From Perna viridis (taxonomy: Eukaryota): a stretch of 64,000 nucleotides of DNA. Numbering within the stretch: position 1 is the first letter of the stretch; the number at the start of each line of letters is the position of its first letter. Below, one piece after another: positions 13,900-26,400 of this stretch. Below the pieces are notes generated by a model, which saw only the letters and a list, made by a program, of their open reading frames with translations, was not told where the DNA came from and searched no databases. Location of the stretch: assembly GCA_037379345.1 (NCBI GenBank), contig CM074511.1, positions 54,566,862-54,630,861 on the forward strand, given 5' to 3'. Made by a program: the position numbers and the translations under genes.

Positions 13900-16800
13900 T
13901 TGTGTCTAAACTTTTGGATAAAACTCGTCAAAATACGGACGATCTTAAAGCTATGTAAACAGTCGCCAGATTTCCCATACCCGAAAGGTACTCTTAAACG
14001 GAGACTCGAGAAACGGGCAAATGGTTGCGATTACCTTGCAGTAAAATTAGCCAAGGATTGTCATGTATTGTTAGTTGTGTACAATAGTACATAGATAAAT
14101 GAACTTAGCGATGTTTTATCTGTAAAAACAACGAAACCAATGATACTAACACAAGGTGATATAAACACTCCGAATCCGAACGCGGCCCTACAAGAAAACG
14201 TGATAAGAGTTGATCGCGATCTTATAACTTGGCGTGGTGAATTTGTACAGGATAGCGAGTTTCTCAATAGAAGTGTAAAAAGTTTAACTGGTGAAAATTC
14301 GAAATTACGTGAAATTATCAACAAACAATCGGATAGAATTCTGCAACTACAAAACCAGATAAACTTGATTCGCGATGGCAATAAAAGAGCTTGAAACTGT
14401 AAATAAACGATGTGATAAGATGGACGGTATCGTAAAACGTTGCAATGAACTTGAATCTAGATTAAATGAACAAACCATTTTAAAATCAAGAGTTGATAAA
14501 GTTGAAAGTACAGTAACTACATTGTCTGAATCAATCAAGCTTGTTACATGTAACGAAAAGAACTCAATAGCAATTAAAAACCTGAAATCGAGAGTTGAAG
14601 ACATTCAAAAACAACTTAAGTCGAAATCTAGCGGAATTAACCTTGTCCAAGACCAACGCTATTCTGGGGTTTCGTCCTTAAAAACTTGAAATCATAAATT
14701 AACAGGTCAAAGAGAATGAACCAGCTGATGAACATGTTGAACGCAATGAAACAATGCTGACTTCATGTTTTAACTCTTTTTTCTGAATTTCAGAAAATAA
14801 TAAATAACTTTGAAAAGAAAATAAATACGAATGAAAGTGATTGTAATAAATCGTATGCCAACATAGTGAAGGCTAATGAAACTAAACCCGATAAAAGCAT
14901 TGCGGATGATACTGTTCTCGACACATCGAATGAGGCAAATGTTCAAGCAGCTTCCAATATCCAAAATTGCAAAGCGGGTCCCAAAATACCAACAGAATCA
15001 ACCACGACAAACAAACAATGCGCCTTTGTGTAAATGATCCAAAAGTAAACATCAGTTTAGATATGGAAAAAGTAAATGTGACCCATTGCCCTGTCTTGAA
15101 CGGCACTTATGCTAATAAGCATAACGAACAGCAGTCTGCATATTATGATCGTAACACTAGTCTCAAAGGTAGTGAAATAACAGTTGTATGTAACAGTGAT
15201 ATGAACATGGTTACCAACAAATTTCAAGGTTACCATCGGAACCGTGTCGATTGGTTCTTTGTCAGTAGAATAAGTAAGGCGTCTTCTGAAAACGACATGC
15301 GTGCCTATTTACAAGAAAGAAACATACGTTTCTTTGATAATCCAAATTCAACCAGAAACTCTGCACAATTAAACGTTTCATTGCAAGAAAGTGACATTAT
15401 CCACAACCGTTCCTTTTGGCCAACTGGTATTAAAGTCCGGAAATGGATTTCACGGAGCAAATTTTATTTACGAAGTGAATATAGTGACTCAAATAATATT
15501 CATAATGGCTAACCCAATTAACATAATGGCATGGAACTGTAAAGGTGTGATGTCCGCAACATCATACCTTAATCAATGTCTTGAGAAGCATTCAATTCAT
15601 GTGTGCGCCCTCTCCGAGCATTGGTTGCGTCTGTGTCATATTCACTTCTTGGACAAAATAAACACTGAGTATATAGCGTACTCAAAAAGCGTCGACTATC
15701 AAAACCCTGAGTTACAAACTTTTTCGAACTATAGACAGGGTGTGGCCTTTCTCATTCATCGATCTTACGACCAATTTGTTACACGGGAAATTGAAGTCGA
15801 CTCGGATCGTATCATCGGTATTGAGTTTAACTTGCCTAGTAATATTCGCTTGTATATGTTTGCGATATGTATGCCTGCATCCTCACTCTCGATTCAATTG
15901 TTTAAAGATTATGTAGACTTGTTGCATGAACTTTACTCCATATATAGTGAACATGGTCATCTGATTCTAATGGGAGACTTTAATATCAAAATTAGAGGCT
16001 CACGTTACGATTTTTACGATTCTGAACGCAATCGTTATGCTGAGACACTGTTAAATGACTTTGATATCTTTTCAATAAACAGTGACGTTAAATGTTTAGG
16101 ACCACGCTTTACATTTCAATGTTTTCAGAATGGTCCCACAACCATGATAGACCACATTCTTTTATCTAAAGAAATTTCGTCCCATGTTATCAGCGCTAGA
16201 GTTTTGGACGATCATGCTGTAAATGTATCTGATCATCATCCCGTGTTGTGCACATTGACAAAAATTCCATATATTGAAAACACAAACTTAGAATATTCGA
16301 CTACGTGTAGGATTGCATGGAACAAAGCGGTTGATACCGAACAAGTGGTTGACTATAGATTTGCGGTCTCTCAACATTTATGGACGCTTTATCAACAGGA
16401 ATGTGATGACATTGAAACATATTATAATATACCGCTTACGGTTATGTCTAATTCAGCTATTGAAACTCTGCCCCTGGTCCAATTCCGTAAGCACCATAAA
16501 CCCTATTGGAATGATCGGTTAACGTCTCTACAGCGAGATGTAATGCGTATACGGGATGCATAGATACTTGACGGTAAACCTAGATCGTATAGTTGCGAGT
16601 CTTATGCTAACTACAAAGCACTGACGAAATCCTTCCGTGATGAGCTCAGAAAAACATACGATGATTATTTCGCATCAGTATCAGAAACTAAATTCAAAAC
16701 TCTATAGAGGTAGATCAAAAACTAGTATGGTCAATTATCAACTCACGTAAACAGAAAAAAGAATACTTGTATTACATTAAAATCGGACGACAAGGTGCTT

Positions 16801-19280
16801 CACAGTGTAACTGATGTATGTAACGAATTTTCAAAACACTTCGAAGACATAGTTAAGATTCTCGATGGTCAAAACGACGATACATTACAAGAAAAACTTT
16901 TAGAAATTCGTCGAAGGAATAATAACTCTGCTATTCGTAATGTTGATCGTGTTGAACTCACTAAAATGCTTCATAGTCTCCGAATAAAAAAAGCATGTGG
17001 TGTTGATGAAATATGCTACGAACATTTGAAATATAGCGGAAATTAGTTAGCAGATCACTTATGCAAATTGTTTAATTTGATATTTGAAAATGGTGAGATT
17101 CCATCTATCTCTAAAGAGAGTGTTATTATTCCCTTATATAAATTCAAAACCGACGTAAAGTCACATAGTGAAATTTCTCTTATTCCAGTAGTCTGCAAGG
17201 TATTTGAAAAACTTCTGGATTGTCGCATGGACGAACTGATCACCAACTTTCCAAATCTCCAACAAATGGCATATCAGAAACATTTGTGTAGCATGTTCGC
17301 ATCTTTCAACCTTCAAGAGACTGCGCATCACTACATTCTTGACAGTCAAAAAGCCTTTGACACGGTTGACCATAATTGTTTGAAAATGGAATTTCCGGGA
17401 AATTTTGGACTCTTTTGGATTAATTCTATGATAAACTGTCATATCAGTTGTATCAGATATAACCACAAACTTTCTCGTTTCTTTAATCTTGAGAGATGAA
17501 TTCGCCAAGGTGGCTCGCTGTCGGCTAAACCTTACCTGGTTTATATTAATCAATTGATAAACATTTTAAGTGCATCAGGGAAAGGTGCTTTGGTGATTGA
17601 TATTCAGGCCGGCTGTCCTGTCGCATTAATATCTGGTAATATTCAATTTTTGCAAGATATGATTCACATTTAATCAATGGAAGTTCCACTTTTCATAAGC
17701 TAAAGGTCAAGTTATGTTATTCTCAAAGAGACCAATGGAATTAAAATTGAAAATTAATGGTGAAATTCTTCCTGTACGCAGTTCATTTTGAAACATGTCG
17801 GGATTACTTCAGACAACAAATTCAACTCCATAGAAAGAACTTTAGTGGCATGTAGGACTATACGATCATTGAGCATGTCAATTATTCATCAAGGTGTGCA
17901 TCCCAGTGTTTTAAGTGTTAAAACTTGCAGTAAAGTGATCCTTCAACTTAGCTACTCAAAAGCTCTCTATAGTTGTGAACTGTGGAATAACATAGCAGGA
18001 AATGAAATATTACATCTCGAACGTGCTCATCGATACGTTTGTAAGTACATGCTAGGTCTACCAAAAAGAACTAGAACCGATATTTGTACTTCACTTATTG
18101 GTTGGACATTAATCACGTGCATCATCGAAATTAAGAAACTCTTGTTTTCCGGCAGAGTATGCAACCTTCCATCTAGAAGTTTACCTCGTCAGATTTTCTT
18201 TAGTCACTTACTCCTTCATCTCAACCACGCAGATATGTCAAAATCCTGTTTTATATATGACTTTATGCAAATCATCAGAAAGTATGACATAATGCAGTTT
18301 GTTGACAATTTAATCAGAAATAGTGATTATCACCACTATGGAAACGAATTGTACAAAACAAAGTAAATTCTGAGGAAGAAAAGTATTTTCTGGAAAGACT
18401 AGAATTCGACAGCGAGTTTGAATATTTTTAAGTTATTCGTCCAAAGATTGAACAACATCGTGCATGGACAATTCCAATGAAGCATAGTCGCCTCACAACA
18501 CAGTGCAGGTTCGTCATCTCGTTGTGTGCTGTTGTTAAACCTTCCCGTGATACTCCTAGAACCATGTGCCATCAATGTGTTTATTTCTACGACGATTCTA
18601 TTATACACATAATATCATCATGCTCTAGTAGCAATTCAACAAGAGACAAAATCTGGTATGACATTATCAACATTGGGCCTATCGATTTCAGCGTAACTCT
18701 GCATGGTATGGATGATACAACCCAAGCTCTAACTATTCTCTCCTGTGATAGTGACCGATTTTTCGAGCTGTCATGATGAATCAGAATGTTTTGCAATTAA
18801 TTGTGTACAGTCATCTGCAGAATGTGCAAGGATTTCGACAAGTGATTATAACGTTATACATACAGTCATCCTTTTTTTCTTTATTCGTAATTAGTTTTGT
18901 AATTAAATACAATTAAATGTATCTCACTGTGTGCGTGTGAAATTGTGATGGTGTGCCGTGATGACGTGTGTGTTAGATGGTGCGTACATGACTCTGCGTG
19001 TGCGTGTGGATGGAGTGTACCGTTCGTGCGTAAGCGTGTTTCGTTGAAAGAGTTAGTATATGCGTATTTGTGTAATCGAATGTGTGTGTATTTTTTGATA
19101 TTTTGTTTCTCTAGTAAACCCTGTACCTCATATGTATATATATGATGTAATTGTTTATTTCCGTTGTCTGTGAAACAACTTCTCAAAAAGTGTGTCTACA
19201 AAAAAAAATCTGTAAGCTTAAAATAAAATCCTTTATATGTTTACGTTTGCTTTCTTGTTCTTTTTTTTTTAAATAAAGAA
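13900..19280 (+). mobile_element. Near full-length degraded LINE (CR1/L2-group): ORF1 about 14000-15512, ORF2 from 15505 (APE endonuclease + broken RT), TG-rich 3' tail
   Basis: ORF1 has a coiled-coil and FVSRI..FWP.GI.VR.W. Endonuclease motifs: WNCKG, ALSEHWL, ILMGDFN, IDHI, SDHHPV. RT motifs: KKACGVDEI..EHLK, D.QKAFDTV.H, IRQGGSLS. AATAAA at 19272. 5' boundary approximate. Confidence 0.9.
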
Positions 19281-19302
19281 ACAGTAGTTTAGAAATCATA
19301 TA

Positions 19303-19308
19303 TTTATT
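19303..19308 (-). terminator. Candidate AATAAA polyadenylation signal of the Ig receptor gene
   Basis: tttatt on + strand about 820 nt past the stop; a second copy near 19363. Confidence 0.45.
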
Positions 19309-20127
19309 ATAAGACATTTATCAAGGTAAAAATTCTACAAAGTTCATAGCATAGTAACAATATTTATTTATAATAAAAAGACATTCTGTTATGACATAAA
19401 TACTTCGACAGTCGAAAGACCATCTTTGATTGCTTTAAATAACAACTATACAAGAATAACAACATACAATTTTATATCATTACACAACTTTATCACAAAT
19501 CCGATCAAAAATTCATGAAGAAAAATCAGCTTTCACAAGCACTGTTTTTTTTAAATCCTGAGTATATTATGAAAGTGTAAAAAAAAACGTTTGAGCAATA
19601 AGAAATTTTTAAGCTATTTAACATAAACACAAACTGAAATGGACGGCATCTAATCAAAAATAATTTAAATAACTATAAGCACAATACATGGACGGAATCA
19701 TTTCCACGAATATATGAACTATCACATACAATGAATATGAATGGAAGAAATGCAATTTAAGTTAAGATAAACTCAAAACTGCTCTATAAATAAATATCAA
19801 TGTCTCACTTTTGAATCACTCGTACCCTGAATAAAGTAATTCAAATCCCCATAAACATAGCACTACTATATTCTACTGCTGATAAAGTATTGTCCAGGTG
19901 TTAAATGTACGTTCTATTCTCCATATTTAAACATCAAAGGCAGCATGGTAAGTACTCTAATGAACAGTCTTAGAATGAAACGATTACTAAATGCGTAAAA
20001 CTATCCAAATCTAACAGTTTTATATTTAATATCACTATCGTCAAAGAATTCTGTCAGATTCTACATAGGTGCTGCACATCACAGTATACATTTAGATTCC
20101 ATTAAACTATAACTTTGTTTTAAGCTA

Positions 20128-20419
20128 TCATACTTGATCATAGTAAAAGTCAGGACCGACAGTCACTTCGCCATCATGATCGCTTTTTCTAGACCTTACT
20201 GAAGACCTAAGAACGTCACCGTTATCAATTCTGTCTTCGACTATTATCTCGTTGTCACGTAAAGTTTCGTCGTGGCGTTTGCTCTTCCTCTTCTTCTTTC
20301 GACGACGACGCCTGCGCTCTTCTTCCTGGTCATAAGTGTACTCTAATTCCGGGAGATAAAGATTGCGGGTACCTGTCGAAGTGACGTAAGTGTTCTCTCT
20401 AGCACGGTCGGTGTAACCC
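20128..20419 (-). CDS. Terminal coding exon: (L)GYTDRARENTYVTSTGTRNLYLPELEYTYDQEEERRRRRKKKRKSKRHDETLRDNEIIVEDRIDNGDVLRSSVRSRKSDHDGEVTVGPDFYYDQV*
   Basis: Phase-2 acceptor tttacag, open to TGA. Confidence 0.85.
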
Positions 20420-23400
20420 CTGTAAATATATGGTATTGTTCATTAGAGTCACTACATTACTTAGTCTTCTATGCGTTGACTAATGTCTAAAAAATTACAT
20501 TACTCGAATACATTATTTTTACAGTTTTAATGAATATCATCAGACAAAACAAGTATTAGTTGTATTTTATATTTAGGTGGATCAAAATAATAAGGACTCA
20601 CAAGTCTTCTGTTCCATCTGGCCTCAGTACTCGGTACTTGTTAATTTCAAACTCATCCGACGGTTGCCTGAAATTAGACATATAAATCAAATGAAAACAT
20701 TTTATAGGGCAGGATTGTAATCGTATGATAACGAATTTATTCGGTCAAACCGGAAATGAAAATTGCTATCAGAAACATTTTTTGTAACTGTTGTAAATGG
20801 ACGTTGCAATAAAATTTTAAGTTGTGAGAATATTAAAGTATAATTTGCTTACAAATCAAAAAACGCTACACGATTTTTCATTCTTTTTCTTCATTCATGC
20901 ATTGTTCGTTACTATGTCAATGGTAACCACAGGCCCTTGGGGCCAGGATTTGTTTAATTACAAAAAAATATAATTAAATCATTTTGTTAGAGGAGGAGAT
21001 AGACAAAACACTGGGCATAGTATAAACAGTAATAAATATCAAGCGGACACGTCTGAGAACATAATCACTCATATATGGAAACAAAATAATTTAATGATAT
21101 TTTTTTGGTGATAAAAATAATATCCTGGTCCCAAGGGCTTGTGATGGTAACGAATAATAGAACTAATAATATGAATCAAGGATAACGACTAGATAGGGAA
21201 AATAGACACCAAATAAAAAACATGAAATAACACAACTAACACTACAAAGAGACATTGAAAAAATCCTGATGTAATTTGCGGTCACCCACCATACACCCAT
21301 ATATAACTCCTGTGTTATGCTTAACCTAAACCAATTATCTAAGTTCTTGAAGTGCTAATGTTTAGTGTTTTAAGAAACCCAATCAATAACCTACCTGATA
21401 TGGACTTGCATATAGCAAGATAAATCAAAATGATCATTATAAGTCTTATGAAAATTTGCAAGTATACAAGTACTATGTTATAATGTTATGTTTACATGAT
21501 CAACTATTTCAGACTCACATTTTACTTTACATTTGGTTCCTACTGTTTAAACTCACCTGTAAGATTTATGTTTCTTTCTACGAATCTTCCTTACGGCTGT
21601 CGTTTCTGGCTCACTGAAAATTAAATAGTCGATTTCGTTAATGGTCAACCTACATGAAATGATTCTTGCACAAAACGTAACCGGTTTAACATTTCTATTT
21701 TGTTTCAATAAGCCATTTAATGAAAAATTGATACACAGCTTCTACGAACAATCTTTAAATAAAGCAAACTGAACATACTTGCAAGAAGCACTACTTACTC
21801 AATATATACAGGTTCTTCGTAGAATCTTGGAATCTCAAATTTACGAACTGTTATAACTGAGTCCTCAGGTTCTTCGTAATAAACTGGTATTTCAACTCTC
21901 TTGGGTGCTGGTTGTGGTTCAACCTTTTCTTTCTTCCCTCCACAACAAAGAGCTGCACAGTATGCTGAAAACATTATCAAAAGTTAGAAAGAGTATTCTT
22001 AATAAGGAACAGTCAATTTTACTTGTTAACAGATAAAATTGATAAAATTCGGATTTAAACCCTAATTTGTGGTTCAACCTTTTCTCTCTTCCCTCCACAA
22101 CAAAGAGCTGCACAGTATGCTGAAAACATTATCAAAAGTTAGAAAGAGTATTCTTAATAAGGAACAGTCAATTTTACTTGTTAACAGATTAAATTGATAA
22201 AATTCGGATTTAAACCCTAATTTGTGGTTCAACCTTTTCTCTCTTCCCTCCACAACAAAGAGCTGCACAGTATGCTGAAAACATTATCAAAAGTCAGAAA
22301 GAGTATTCTTAATAAGGAACAGTCAAATTTTATTTGTTAACAGAGAAAATTGATAAAATTCGGATTTAAACCCTAATTTAGAGAATTTAAATACATTTTT
22401 TTTTGTATTTGCAATATATTGTTTTATTTTTCTGAAAACTAATGATTTCTTATCATTTACCTTGACAGCAACAACATACGATGATTCCTATTATTAGCAA
22501 GAGGAAGAAAAGAATAGCCAGGATGATAGCCGCTATTTCCCCTGCTGTTAAACCACTTGATTCTCCACCAGTAGCTGCTCCTGTATTAGGTGCTATAAGA
22601 AAAAGAGAACATTTACAAGATTGTTGACAGTAAGTATATGTCGGTCTTTTAAATGAAAAATTAGGGAAAACAATAACGACAACGAAAAACTTACATTCTC
22701 CCGGTATTTTATTTTAAAATTATAATTGTTTATACAGACTTCATTAGATCAAAAAGAAGACTATTCATATATAATTACTTCAGCATAATGCATCATCGAA
22801 GAAATGTGAGAAAAGAAGCAAAATAAAATCAGTTTACAAGGATTATCGCCAACGTGTTTAGTTCATGAATCTTAGATTTTTGTGTGTGAAAGTGGTTTAA
22901 GGACATTTTATTTTGTTTTTTTTTTATGGTATTGTGAGATGTTTTTTTTTTTTAAATGGGGAAATGTTTTTGTTTGGAAATGGGACACATTTGGTGGAAA
23001 AAAACGAAGGGCATTTGTGAAATTATATGTTGCAAAATGAGTACAAAACTATAACATCCACCTAAAACTATGATATTAAACATTATGAATACATGTGTAT
23101 ATTAAAAGACATTATACACAAGAATGTTCAAAGTATTTCGCAATCACTTCTTTTGTTCCTCGTGTTTTAATTGTATTAAAAGTTATAATCTACTATTGTT
23201 TATCAATTTTACATTGACAGCACATTCTACTGACTTGCACCACTTCCCACTGAAAGACTGAATGCGATATCAGCTGACTGTCCGACAGTATTTGTAGCTC
23301 TGCATGTGTATGTGCCTGCATCACTAGCGGTATTCATGTCGACTACAAGCGTCTTTGTAGTTGTAGAAAGAGCGTTGCCGTTATAAGACCAAACCCATTC

Positions 23401-26400
23401 TGTTGCGGATGGATTTGCACGGGTGTCACAGCTTAGTGTTATTGGCGTTCCGACGACTTGGCTTACACTATTTTGGGTAACAGCGCTGACAGGAATATCT
23501 ACAAAACGGTAAGATTTTATTGTTAAAAATACTTAGCGAACTCTGTAAAACTTGCATACTCACTACCTGAACAATCAAACATCATTTGGTAATCATAAAG
23601 CAATCACTCATCGATTAAGCTAGCTGTTATTAATACATGGGATCAGTCAAACAACTACCAAATACGACGTAAAAAGAAAATCCGATTGTTTCCGAAGATA
23701 CTCTCAAGTTGTGTGTATATTCTTTCCTAGCATATATAAAATTTGACCATAAGTATCGGTAAAAAAATACCGAGGAGTGAACACTGAGACAATTCAGAAT
23801 ACCGAGGAGTGAACACTGAGACAATTCAGATGACCGAGGAGTGAACACTGAGACAGATGCGTCAAAATCCAAATCAGAACGTAAGAATGATCAAATGAAT
23901 AAGCATACATTGTACATCAACGTCTTCCCAGGTTTGTCTACTTCCACGAGAATTTGTTGCTTTACACAAATGCAATCCGTCGTTTTGTGTCCATTTAGCA
24001 TTGTTAATAGTAAGAACAGCTCCTTGATGTATCATAACATCATTGTGATACCATTGGTACGTTGGTGCTGGATCTCCGTCCGCATCACACGTCAATGTAT
24101 AGCTTTCTCCTTCCTTTATTACAACACCAGCTGGTGTAATAGTTATCCAAGAAGGTGCAGCTAAAAATGCAAATATAACATTAACTTCTTTTAGTATTCA
24201 TAATGTATGGTAATACAAATACTTCTACAAAAAATGTATTTCATTTAAGTGTGTACCTAAATTTTATTTGCCTCTATTTAAATTTCTTGAAATTGTAGCC
24301 AGTGGTTTAGTTCGATGATAGACGCAAATTACATAACTTTCAACAAATTTAATTCACATATTTCAAGGGAATATGATTTCAATGAACACATAGTAGCTTC
24401 ATTAACAAAAATTTTGATCACTAAGATGATTTGAGTTTGAAATGCCACCCATCAAAAAAAGTTTTGCTAAATTTTATAGTTACTTCCATTAGATGTTGTG
24501 TACCCCTTAAGCATTAAAGGCATTATACGGTTAATCCAACGGATGTAATAATGATATATGATGAGAAAAAGTCAGTACGCTAACTGTTCAGTTAGAAAAT
24601 TAATAAGTTAATTGTTCCCGTACTATTAAAAAAGAAGAAATTATCTTATAAAATGAGGTTTACAAGATACACATACTTGAGGTATCAACAGTGAAGGCAA
24701 CAACCGAAGAATCCCCTTGTCCAACAGCATTTACGGCAGAACATCTGTATGACCCTGCATCCGACGCTACCAAGTTAGTAATTGTCAGGCTAGGATTGGC
24801 TAAATTTCCACCAACGTATTTTGTCCCGTCAACTGTTATGATTTGACCTCCTTTTGTCCAAACTACATTTGTAGCGCTAGGATTAGCTACATATGAGCAA
24901 CTTATTGTGGCTGATTGTCCCCCAAGTCCTTGAGCAGGCGTCGTAATAGTTACATCAGGTACATCTACAATAACATGATATAACTATATATTTATTTAAG
25001 GCACTGAAGAAGGTCATTTGTTGACTGAAAATTTTGCCCATTATATACTTTATTATAGTATGTTAACATCTTTATCGGTATCGTTGTACAATCCTTTAGA
25101 CTTATATAAATATTTTTGTTTGTGCTGCATCGTCATGACTGGACGATCCGATACCCATTAAGTTTCCTGGTTTGCAGATTCCTTTAGACTTATATATACT
25201 GTGTGAGTTATGGAGAAAGTGACTTTTTGATTGCCATATCAAAAAATAATAAAATAAAAACAACATAAAAATACTAAAGTGCACAACTAAAAAGAAATTA
25301 GAACAGTATACTTACAGCGAACGTCAACATTGACTGATGCTTCTCCGCTGCCATAGTTATTAGTAGCTCGACAAGTGTAAGATCCAGTATCAGTACGGGA
25401 TGATGACGCAATATTTAGTGCTGCTCCGGTGGAAATTTCAGTATTAGAATTTCCTTTATACCATCTGTATGTAATTGTTGGACTTCCTTGTGCAGAACAA
25501 GTTGCCGTTATTCCAGTTCCTTCGGTAACAGTGATTGGATTAGGCGTCACAGTTACTCCAGTAGGTGCATCTGAAATTAAAGGACAACATTGCTTACTTT
25601 TAAATAAAGATCACCCACGCGAGTTAAATTGACAACACATTAATTATTTGAATCAGGAGATTGAGTTCGTGACTTGCTTGACAAATGGGAAACAAATCAC
25701 ATTAAATAAGGTAGCTATCATTGGTAAATTTATATATGCCTTTGGTTCTTTTAAGTTTTAAGTTCGGTTGGGTTGTATGTCTCTTCATACATTCACCATT
25801 TCCAGTTTCTTGTTTACTGTAATATATTTTTATCAAAGCAATTACTATATTTCAATATCACTACCCATTGTCTTACCTCCTGAGATGGTAAGATAAACTT
25901 GGTTACTGCTTCCTGTTCCTATAGAGTTGGTGGCCTGACATACGTATTGTCCCTGGTCATCCTGTACTACGGAATTGATCGTTAGAGAAGGAACAGATAA
26001 GGTCCCTCCGGTGTATCTACCACTGTTTATGCTTATAGTGGTAGGTTGGTTGTTTTCATATTTCTGCCATGTAACCGACGTGGCAGATGGGTTGGACTGG
26101 ATGGTACATGTAATTGTTACCGAGTTTCCTACTTTGACAGACGCTTGAACTGTTGCTGTTACAGTAGGTACATCTATAAAATTAAAAGGGAAACTTTCAA
26201 AAACAATTTTTACTTTATGTGGCAAGAATTTTGCAACAAATGATACAATTTGTGCATGTAATTCTTTTTAAAAGACCTATTGAGCAATAACTGTATTGGC
26301 AGTTACCCTAATATCTTTCCACTTATTCTATCCCTATAAAGACCTTTAATATGTGAGTATACTTTCGGAAACTTTCAATTATTGTGTTCAAAAGAACATG

